A DNA stretch of 60,141 bases, counting the filler, from Basidioascus undulatus (Eukaryota), in assembly GCA_000826855.1 (NCBI GenBank). It is 5 parts of 5 records of this genome, joined end to end, with 100 filler letters (N's around TTAATTAATTAA, not from the genome) between each part and the next. Parts side by side here need not be neighbours in the genome. Positions count along the whole stretch, not along the records: positions 44,361 to 52,203 come from JTLS01001481.1; positions 52,304 to 60,141 come from JTLS01001482.1; 3 more parts are not named here. The stretch is one strand, 5' to 3'. Below are positions 49,854 through 60,141 of this stretch, piece by piece. Under the pieces are notes generated by a model that was given only the letters and a program-made list of their open reading frames with translations, made no database searches and had not been told where the DNA came from. The position numbers and the translations under genes are program-made. Position 1 is the stretch's first letter. Every line of letters starts with the position of its first letter.

Positions 49854-50721
49854 ATGTCGTACTGCTCGACCTCCCGACCGAGACGCTCACGGACGTCCTT
49901 TCGCTCGCGTACTCGTTCGACAACCTCACGGACGCCGGGTCTGCTCTCGACGATCGTTCGGACCGCCGCGAGGTCGCTACTGTTTCTGAACGACCCTCAT
50001 CACCAAGGTCCCCCGCTGGTCGAGTCAGCGGCCTGCTCATCTGCAAAGCCCTCCGCCCAATAGTCGAGCGAATCTTCTCGCTCTCGATCCGCCTCCTCAC
50101 GCTCGATCAGCACAGTTTTGTGTGGGACCACCGCCAGATAGCGGTCGGAGGACTGTCAATCGCCATGTTCCCTCCGGACCATCCCCGATCGGGCCCATCC
50201 TGCGCATATGCGCTGCCGTGCCGCACATCGAGATCCGCATCCGTCCTCTGAAGCTGCGCCCAAGGGAGGACTTATTCGCTACCCTGGCGCTTATGAGGCG
50301 CACTTCGACCAAAGTGACGCTGGACCTTTTTCGGACGGACCTCGTCTTCAAGAGGATATTCCCAAGAGTGAAGTGGTCAAGGGAGTCTTGGTCGGGCAAG
50401 CTGTCCGAGACTATCATGTACTGCTGATTGACCGGCAATCTTCGTTCCCTGACGCTGTGCCTTGACGTCAGTCAACTTGGGCACTGCGACTGCTCTCTTG
50501 CCACCCTCAACGTACCGGAGATCCGCTTCGCCAACTGGTCCGACTTTACGGCACGTCACTATTACTTTCACATCCGCAAGAACCGCCACGTCCGCCACGT
50601 TCATCTCCCTCGACGCCCGGACGGTTTGTCTCATTTCGGTTCCCAGGTTCCCTATTTTTTAAAGTTTGGAGCTTTCCGCGAGCGCACCGGTGTCGATGTC
50701 ACAGAGGGCACGATCGACTGA
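49854..50721 (+). pseudogene. F-box-like protein pseudogene (right arm of mirror cassette)
   Basis: ATG then immediate frameshift to VLLDLPTETLTDVLSLAY...GLLICKALRPIVERIF...PIGPILRICAAV...LFATLALMR...*LTGNLRSLTL. Confidence 0.7.
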
Positions 50722-50971
50722 CGACGAGAATGGGACGGCGGATGAGGCGTACCGTGTTGATTGAATCTAACTTCATCTTCCCGTGCTACGGAGTGAAGCG
50801 TTTTCGTAATGGACTTGCTGGAGATTCTGCTGTTCAAGTGGCCCTGGGCACCTCATGCACAAGTCTCCTTGCTTGGTTCAACCATTCCCTGCCTGCCTTG
50901 ATGAACAAATCCGCTTTCACCACCAACGCTTCACGCACCCCACCCAAACCCGCAAAGCATATTATAGTCCA

Positions 50972-52203
50972 TCAACTTCCCGCCGTATCCAACACACCCA
51001 GCACGACGCTCCCCCCCAACGCCACACCCGCGAGCGCGCCTACGCCGGCAACCATCCCCTTCTCGATCCACCATCTCCTGCCCCTCCCTCTCCTCCCGTC
51101 CATCCCACCATCTCCCCGGTCGTCTTCGTCCATCGGGTACCCGCCGCCCTCCTCGTCCATCGCCCTCGCGGGGGCGGAATGGGGGAACGCAACATCGAGC
51201 GCCGCGCGGAGGGCCTGCTCGCCGTCGAGGTTGGGCAATGGGAGGAGGTTGAGGAGCGCGAGGGCGAGGGAGAGGGTGGAGAGGTATGTGAGGGGGAGGG
51301 TGAGGAAGCCGGGCAGAGCATTCGGCATAAAAGCGAAGCGCGGAAGGTGGGTAGTCAACCTCACTGCGTTGGTACAAACAAATCAGCTGCACGTCCAAGA
51401 GCACATAGCTAAACGGAAGGAGGACCCCGCACCCTGATCCCACAGCGCCACCCGGCTCCCCTGATACAGCACGACTTCCCTCCCCCCTCCCTCGCCAACG
51501 AACCCAACCCTTAGGATTCGCGCGCCCGCGTGCGGCCCCACGCACGTCTCGTCCGGGCCGCACGGGCAGCGGTGCTCCGCGGGGCCGCTGCCGAGGATGG
51601 GGAGCGCAGGGAGACACTTCTCAGCGGGGAGGAAGCAGACGAGCGCGGGGGCGGAGGGCGATGGGGAGGGGGCGGAGTAGTGGGGCGGGGCGCAGCAGGA
51701 TGAGGGGGCGCCTGGTGAAGTATTGCGTGGGGGTTAGGGAGTGCGTGGGGATGGGAGGAGAGGGACGGACTGGAGAGGACGGAGTTTGGGACGCAGTACC
51801 CCCGTGCTGGAGGGGCGATGGAGTAGGGCGAGAGGAGGTACATGTCCCATGGATCTGGCGAGGAAACCGGGGCGGCGAGCGGGATGTCGTCCACGGACGT
51901 AAGCAGCGTCCCAACCGAGAGGTGCATAGCGAGGGGCGAGTCCTGCCCGCTCCCACTCCACAATCAGCGCTCCACTTCCGCTCCCACGCAAGCCTTCAAC
52001 GCACCTTCGCTACCTCCGCCACGACCCTCCCCAGCGCGCCGACGTCCCTCCACCCCGCCCATCCGGCGAGCGCGCATAGCGCAGCGATGCCCAGCCACGT
52101 ACAGGCGTTGTGCCACACCCCCGCGCAAACTATGCGCGCTCGTGCGCGCGGGCGGAGGGAAGAGAGGGAGGGGGAGGGGAGGGAGACGAACGCCCCTGGG
52201 AGG
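50972..52203 (-). CDS. site-2 protease (M50 intramembrane metalloprotease, Stp1/MBTPS2-like), 3' part; 5' truncated by contig end
   Basis: LPGAFVSL...ARIVCAGVWHN | DSPLAMHLSVGTLLTSVDD...GYCV | Cys-rich insert...VVLYQG...WDQ | V...LALALLNLLPLPNLDG (NxxPxxxxDG zinc-ligand motif); splices in frame. Confidence 0.9.
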
Positions 52204-52303
52204 NNNNNNNNNNNNNNNNNNNNNNNNNNNNNNNNNNNNNNNNNNNNTTAATTAATTAANNNNNNNNNNNNNNNNNNNNNNNNNNNNNNNNNNNNNNNNN
52301 NNN
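52204..52303. other. artificial contig-joining linker
   Basis: N44-TTAATTAATTAA-N44. Confidence 0.98.
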
Positions 52304-52783
<480 letters not shown>

Positions 52784-54811
52784 GCGTTGCACGCCGCGCT
52801 CGGGCTCCCTCCTGCTTTGAACGCACCCTCCTTCTCTTTTGTGTCATCACACCACATCCACACACTCCCATGATCGTCCCCCATCCGCCGTTACGCATCC
52901 TTTGTACTTCTTGAGCACCTGCACGTCGCCGTTCCCTGTATGAAGACCCCCGCGCGCGAAGAGCGGCCGGGATGTACGCTTATATCGATTAAGTATAAGT
53001 CTTATGCTTGCGTGTGCTTGGGTGCCCATGCGGCGAAGCCTCATGCGTGGCGGTCTACCGACTGCGTGCTGAGCCGCCTCACCGACCGCGAAGGCTGCAT
53101 TCGCATGGCTCCATCCTCTGGCTTCGGATCCAGTTGTCCAGCGGCGCCAACTGCTGATTGATCGCTATTCCTCGCTGAAGACTGACGTGTTGAGCAGCAG
53201 CGGAGCCTGAGGTGTTCCTGGCCAGTCTGCTGTGCGGCTTGCAGCCTGCACCCCTGCTCAATTTCGCACTGCAAGCCCACTTCTGCATGTGCATGAGAAG
53301 CGCTGAGCACGCATATCGATGGAAGCTTCTGAAAGTTCCCTTTCTGCGCTCTTCTCGATGTCAGCTCTTGGACGTGGGTCGGACACATGAAGAATCGTCC
53401 GTCAGTGTGCAGTCAGAGCGCGCTTGTCGGATCCGAATTTCCTCCAATCGCGGGAACATAAATCTTCTCAATCTTGGCGAAGAATATGGATGTAGATGCG
53501 GAGGTGCATACTCACATCCAATGACCCTGACAATATGTCGTGGCCCCCTGGCAAAACTTCCATCGGTGATCGATCTGATCGTCCGTTGGCGGGACCGGTG
53601 GTTGTGAACCGCCCTTTGGTATCAAGGCCATGGAGTGTTTTTCAATATATGTGTGCAATTGCGTCCATCCTGCAGTAAGCAACGACTCTTGTTCCAAAGT
53701 TGACGCGACTGGCGGTTGCCGCTGGGCTAGTCGTCCTACATGAACCCCATAAAGCTGAGGGGAGTGGTGGTTCAAGACCTTACAACACCTTCAAGAAGCT
53801 AGACACTCGCTATTGCAAGATCCTACGTGTGCTCTGAGGCACACGGATGGCGGTATATTCTTGGATCTCTACGCGCCACCCAGCCACTCAGTCGACCTGA
53901 ACAAAACAAGCTCGACTTTGGTGCGGAATCTACCCATGTCTTCTAACGTTCAGCGTCAACAGCATTTCACGACGTCGAGCAGACCGACGGCACTAGCGTG
54001 TTATTGCACCACAACGTGCAAGTATGTGCACTCATGGAGCCCGCTGCGAATCACCATAGGCTTCTCCTTCACTCTTGGACACGTCTTTGCCGGTCTACGA
54101 TCGTCGGGAAGACTCTTGGAACGACAAGTCTGCTGCCGTCCACCGCCTTGCTGTTGGCTTCGCTTGAGTTCGAGTGGCTTGATATTACTCTCGATACTTC
54201 CCAAAATATGGAAGTTCTTTGTACCAGAAGCGTCTACTGTTCCGCAGATAGCTGAACTTGACAGATATCGGCAGAAAGTGTGGCACCAGGAAAATGCGTA
54301 CGTGCAGGCACCGACCTGGTAACCTCTATCTCACTTTGCAGATCTCACTTTGCAGAAGACCGAAATTAAGTTTCAGGAGGCTCGAATGTTAATGTTCATG
54401 AGTGAATGCATAGCCCGCTCATTCCGGGTTTCGACAAGGACTTGGGAAACACATCTATGCATCGCCATCAGCCGAAGCAACCATGTACAATCTACCCACG
54501 TTCAAGACGTCCATATACTCAATCTCCGGGGTCATAGCTTCTGTGTATTCTTTCTGTGGCGGTGGTGCTTGGTCTCGTGTAGCTGGCGTCGGTCCCATGC
54601 GCGGCGTGTTCGGCCGTAGGGTTGTGAGGGTGCACCGCCTTCACCCACCAAGTCCATTCCGCCACCCCGTTCTCATCTTCGGACTCCCTTCCCTCATATA
54701 ACTGACTCGTGAAATATGCTCGTCTCGAAACATGCCTTACAACGCCTCCCAACCACTATCACACCACCTTCGGTGTGTTTCACAAATCACAACCCCAGTC
54801 CCGCTTTCGAA

Positions 54812-55679
54812 ATGGTGCCTCCGCCCCTACCCGCCGATATCCACTTTCTCATAATCAAAGCCTCCGGAGCCCCTTCGAACTCACTCGCCTACAGGCCTCC
54901 GGACTCGGTAACGCTTACCGTGCTCTGCCTTGTTTCTCGTTCGTTCAACGCAATTTCAACGCCGCTTCTCTACTCGGCCATCACGCTGCCCACTTCAAGC
55001 CAAATATAGAAATTCGCAAACACTGCACAGTAGAGCCCTCAGCTTCGATAAGACCAATTCGCTCGTGCTGCCAGGCGGCAACAAGGTGAAGGCCGCGAAT
55101 GGGCGGTGGACGACATTGTGTCGGCGACTGCGCTTCAAAACTTCGTCCTGGGCAACTTCACATTTCCCAATTTCATGGGTCGAGAACTAGGGCTTCGCCA
55201 TACCACACATCCCGAGATGACATTCACGTCAGTCAATCTCTACGAGTCCTCTGGAGTCGATTGCATCGAGCGCCTCGTCGTGAAGAACCTGTATTTCGAG
55301 AAGCCCAGCCCTGTCAACTCGCTCTTGAAGATGCACAGTATGACCCATCTGGCTATCAGCTGCACGAATGTCAAGAAGGGCCTTGGTTTATGGGATACTT
55401 CCAAGCAGTGGCGACGATCAGCGGTACATCAACGGAATCATCCGCTACTTGACCCAGGCGATCCTCGCTGCAACAGCTCATCCTCGGAGTAACACCCTAA
55501 AGGATTTTGGGGAGGACAATCATATCGTCTTCTGGAGGAAGTTGCAAGGGTTGCTCCCAAACTCCCGGGGTATCGAAGTGGTTTTCCTGCCTTGGACTAC
55601 AGAGGGCTCTGCTAGGGAGGACAGGCGCTGGTTCGCAGACCGGGTCATCGACGGGACACTTTGGGATTTGGATGAATAG
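54812..55679 (+). pseudogene. F-box-like protein pseudogene
   Basis: MVPPPLPADIHFLII...TLTVLCLVSRSFNAISTPLLYSAITLPTSSQI*KFANT...; further stops and frameshift; MTHLAIS; C-terminal WFADRVIDGTLWD. Confidence 0.75.
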
Positions 55680-57283
55680 GAAAGTTTGATAAGCTGCAAT
55701 GTAACATGCACTGCCCAAATTGACCACCGTCGGGCTTGATGCACAAACTTCCGAAGCCCGCGAAATGGCTGCGAGCCGCGGATGTCAAGCACGAGCGATG
55801 TAGCCTTGGATAACTACTTGGAAGCACCTTGAGATAACTTTGTGTTTCTGGCCACTTCCACCTTTGCGCGAGTCGAATGATCACACAACGGTCAGATTGA
55901 TCTGTTTTGGCTCACGTCGCTGAAACCACTCTGGCTGTTGGATATGAAACGTTGGCTGGCAGTCACCGGTGGGATACTCTCAAGTACCCAACTACCCTGT
56001 GCACCTACAGCACAGTGTGGGACTCAAATATGAATATCAAGATACTCGTCAACCGTATGGCATAGTGCATTTTCAAAGCTGAGTGCTTGCAGCGACTGCA
56101 GGTATACGTAATGGCTCCGTGCCTGTTGTTGATCACCTGTTGTAGGTGGATATACCTACACATATACATACAGCGATTAAATCAAATGAATATTTTCAAT
56201 GCAGTGATGTTAATGTTAATGCGACGTGTTTTGGGCCTGGTTCAGTCCAACAGATGCCAGCCCGTACGCTTCAGCAATGCATACGCTGCGCCCGCGTATT
56301 ACATAGACAGCTGCAAGCCAGTTTCTTCTTTCCTGTAGCTGAAGCTTTCTAATGCTCAAGGTCAACTTCAGGCGCACCTTTACCTCATGCCATTCTCAGT
56401 AGCAGATCGAGCTTCGTCCCTGTTTCAATTCGTGCTTTCCATGTTGCATCGCTGCGTCGCCATCTCATACCGTCCTTCGACACATGTCTGCCATCTCTTC
56501 CCCCAAGCTTCTTTGGTTTTCGCAGATCTTATCTAGGGAAAGTGCAATCCTGCATCCAACAAGCCGGACAATGGGGCAGCTCAGGCCAGGCGGACCTTAC
56601 TACAACGGCCCGTCTTAAAACAAGACTGAATTCTGCCAATCCGAAAGCCTCGGAAGCATTCAAGCTATTGGCTGCTCCAACCTCCACCTTTCTGTTGTCT
56701 CGCTCACCCTTCATCCTCGTCCAACCTGTTTTGCTCTCCACTTTATTCGATCCTCGCACTGAGATGAGGTCGCAAAGAAAATTCACCAAGCCCAGGTGTA
56801 CCATTTTCATGACCGGACTCAGCTCAATCCACTCCATCAATGCCGTTTCAACGCGTCCGTTCCTGAGGACACTTCTTCCAGTGCTTCCGACGTCTTCTCA
56901 GGAATGTCTCGAAACGTTTGATTTTCATGTGTTCTGCCGCATTTTCCGCAAGTCGACTCTGATAAGATCGGGGGCGTCGTGTTAGTTGACACGGGTGACA
57001 CGGGGCTGTTCTATAACGGAGTGCCGGACGCAGCACACGGCGTTCTTCTGACTTCTCTTCGCCGAGTCGGGCTCACTCCCGCTGATGCCGTCCTCCTTCA
57101 TCCTACCAAAGCGAACGGATCTCAAAAGCACTTAATCTCTACGCTTTTCGCTCCACTCACTCTACTCCATCCGCCACTCTGCCTCTTCTGCCGACCGCGA
57201 GCGTGACAGGCGCATAACAACCCCTCGCACAGCACGGCTTCGCATTCAACCTGCACGCCAATTTCATGCCTCATTCAACACCG

Positions 57284-58911
57284 ATGCAGCCTCGTCCTCT
57301 CGGCCTCCTTGCTACCGTACTAAAGAACCGTAAAACGCCACATGTACCAACGCCAATCCATCGCGTTGCCGCCCTCGCCGCCGAGCCGACGATCAGCTCC
57401 TCGTGGACGGAACTGCTCAACCTCTGGGAGCACGCACAATATGAAGTCAGTGGACCGCATGCCTGTACGTATCATTTAATCAACTACATGTTCTGGGCGA
57501 CGCTGATGCTTGTGCAACACAGGCGCTGCCAACGCTGCTCCGCTACTCCGCGACGTTCTAGCTCAAACCGACGCGCTCGTCCGCGCGTACGGGCCTCGAC
57601 TAGAAGGTCTGCCTGCGGACCCGGCGCACTTCAAGCTCATCGTCTGCGGAGCGCTCCTTGAGTTGGGATGTCTCGTCAGCCTGACCGCTGGCGCCGTGTC
57701 GCTCAAGGCGGAGCCCAAACTCGGAACACCATTGTGAGTCGGCCCCAATCTGCAGTCGTCGTCCATGCCCTCCGCTCACTATGCACGACGGCACAACGAA
57801 CAGTTTCCTCCGCGCTATTGGCGAGCTCTCCGCCGTTCGCGGCGGCCCTCATCACGCAGCGATGGAGCTCGTCAGAGGGCGGGGAATCCTGGGCATCGCA
57901 CGCGAGCGCTTCATGCCTCTCCAGTCGTCCTCATCCTCATCCTCGGGCGAATCTTCGTTGTCCTCATCCAGCGGCGCGTACCCAGCGCCATCGTCTCCGC
58001 GCTCATTGCCCGTGTTGCCGTTCCGCGTGCCGCTGCTCGAAGACCCGCTCGAGACCCTTCTCACCACCGCGCTCGGCCACTTCGACGTCGCGCTCGCCGC
58101 CGCGGGCTCCACCGGCCCGGCGCTGGGCGTGCACCTCGCGGATTTGGTGCAGAGGCTGGCGGAGGGCGCAGCGGACATCGGCGACAAGGTCAAGTTTGAG
58201 AAGTGGGCTTGGGAGCGTACGTCTTTTCTGTTGCTTTGTTCGGAGTCCATACCCAGAACTCAGACTGACGCGTCTGTGTCTGTCCAGGGTACGACGATGC
58301 CCTTCGCGCGCGGCCGCAAGGACGCCTGCGCCTCGACGCAGCCGTCGGCCGCGGTCGGTGCGGCTTGAGTCTCGCCAGCGTCGTTGCCGAGCGTGTCGAA
58401 GCAGGTGCGTCGTCATCCAAAGCGTCCACCTTACCATGCCGCTGACAAACAGATGAATCCGTAACAGCATTGTGGGAGGGTGAGGGCGACATGCCGACAC
58501 AGCGGGACATCGAGGGAGCGAAGGGAATGCTGCGGCAATGTGCGTTTACCCATCCCTCCTCGGACGCTGCCTCGTTTACCCATCCCTCCTCGGACGCTGC
58601 CTGGCTTACACTCATCTCACCCTCACCGCCGGCAGCGATCGCGGACTTTGAGATCGCGAGCACTCTCGGCATGGCTCTGCGCCCGGCCTGGGGGCCAGGT
58701 GAGCGCGAAGAGTACGACTCGCATGTGCGTTTTCTCCACTCTGTCCTCCTCTGCCATCTCATCCGTCGCTGATGTGCCTTCCCCGCTGCAGCTCGCCGAA
58801 GCTTGCCTCACGCTGGCCAACCTCCTTCCCGCCGGCGCCGAGCAAGATGATCTCTACCAGAAGTGTGGCGTCGAGCTCGAGGACGACGGCGAGGACGCGA
58901 TTGATGATTGA
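57284..58911 (+). CDS. Ett1/Nro1-like helical-repeat protein (multi-exon)
   Basis: N-terminal MQPRPLGL (cf. Ett1 MAKRPLGL); WTELLNLWEHAQYE|...AAPLLRDVLAQTD; C-terminal LAEACLTLANLL...EQDDLYQK and acidic tail. Confidence 0.6.
58543..58602 (+). repeat. exact 30-bp tandem duplication inside an intron
   Basis: CGTTTACCCATCCCTCCTCGGACGCTGCCT x2. Confidence 0.9.
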
Positions 58912-59553
58912 GGGTTGAAACCGTCCCCTTGCGGCCTGTCTCCTGGATCTCCCTTCTACTCGCTACTTGTCTTGGCTTTTCTTCACCCGTGGAAGCTCTT
59001 TAATATCTGACATTTATTTCACCTATCGTATGCCACATCGCACATTACTAGCATTCCTCTTCGTGCTCGCACACATGACGACCAAGTAACGACCTTATGA
59101 TTTCCTTGCTCTTGTTTTCTCATCGTGGTTCCATGTTGTTAAGCCTAGTCGCACTGTTATCGCATTCCATATACGCATTCCGCTTCTGATAGGCTGGCAT
59201 TGAGGCTGGCGATGAGGTGGAAGCAGCTTCGGAAAGCAACGACGGCATGACCCCTTGCGCTCGCGAAAACGCCGCCTCCTTCGCGAGTTCTCTGCAGCCA
59301 TCGCTCGGCCGCGTGGCCGCGTGAAGTCACCCCGTCATCCCCTTCAAACCGGTGCCGTTGTCACACTACTAAAGATCAGATAGTCCTAAATGCGCACAGG
59401 CGGCACGGGAGAACACTCCGCCGGAGCAGCAGGGACGCAGCAATCCAATGAAGGGAAATGTATGCCAACAGAAACCGAATCGAAAAAAAGAATGAGGGAG
59501 AGTAAAACAGGCATCCCATCCCCCTGCACCCCCGCGTGCTCTGCTCTGCTCTC

Positions 59554-60141
59554 TCACCCGAGCAGGTTCTGCGGGAAGCTCGAAAAGTCGACCTGGTCCT
59601 GGACGGGCTGGCCGTCGGCGGTGAACGAGATCCGCAATCGCAAACGGACGTGTGCCTGTGACGAGCGAAGCGAGAGGCTATGGGGTCAGTTCACGGAAAG
59701 GGGGGGAGGTAGGAAATATGGGGAGGGGAGGGGGAGAGAGCGGAGGAGGGGAAGAGGACCAAAAAGGGGAGAGGACGAACGCCTGGAGGAGCCATTACGC
59801 GCAGCTGCTGCGTCTCTGTCCCGCCGGGTGCGATGTCCGGGTTGGATATCGCGAGCATCTGCAGCTTTTGCGTCTGTTTCCGAATCCGAATCCCAATCGC
59901 AATGCCATTAGTCAGCGACTGTTTCTCCAGCCTTCAGTGGTAAGCACGAGAACGCACTTTCGGCACAGCAGCCTGGAAGTTGATCGCGCCCAGGGTCTCG
60001 AGCCCAGACGCGACGAAGCGCGCGAGGATGTTGACGATGTTTGGGCGGGCGGGGTCGACGGAGGGCGTGAGCGTGAGCGTGAGCCCGTGGTTGTCGTACG
60101 CGGTGTACGCTTGCGGCGCTTGCGGCGCAGCGGGGGCGGGG
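59554..60141 (-). CDS. APL4: AP-1 adaptor complex gamma subunit, C-terminal ear (GAE) domain (partial)
   Basis: YTAYDNHGLTLTLTP...VNILARF...INFQAAVPK | QKLQMLAISNPDIAPGGTETQQLRVMAPPG | AHVRLRLRISFTADGQPVQDQVDFSSFP. Confidence 0.92.

Noticed and set aside
53000..54500. Several 60-170 aa ORFs downstream of histone H3
   Set aside because: No recognisable domains, coding bias or coherent exon structure

Overview
Eukaryotic, intron-rich fungal DNA, most consistent with a basidiomycete (short GT..CTRAC..AG introns, basidiomycete-type homologues). The window is five unrelated contigs (1-7851, 7952-36312, 36413-44260, 44361-52203, 52304-60141) joined by artificial 100-nt N/TTAATTAATTAA/N linkers, so adjacency across linkers is meaningless. 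Apparently intact core genes are a Kel1/Kel2/Tea1-type kelch polarity protein, a four-TM membrane protein, a DUF3245-like protein, a site-2 protease (partial), histone H3 (partial), an Ett1/Nro1-like protein and the AP-1 gamma-adaptin ear (partial). Between them lie many broken genes: five F-box-like pseudogenes, two HNH-like paralogues, laccase, RING, kinase and MFS fragments, and a pair of putatively mitochondrial paralogues. Three things stand out. (1) Contig 1 ends in an irregular TTAGG-dominated telomere added directly onto a 5'-truncated non-LTR retrotransposon RT fragment. (2) There is a mirror-image cassette F-box <- HNH <- | -> HNH -> F-box at 45.3-50.7 kb. (3) An intronless subtelomeric ORF relic weakly resembles a viral nucleoprotein. 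All family calls come from motif recognition by eye; no database searches were run.
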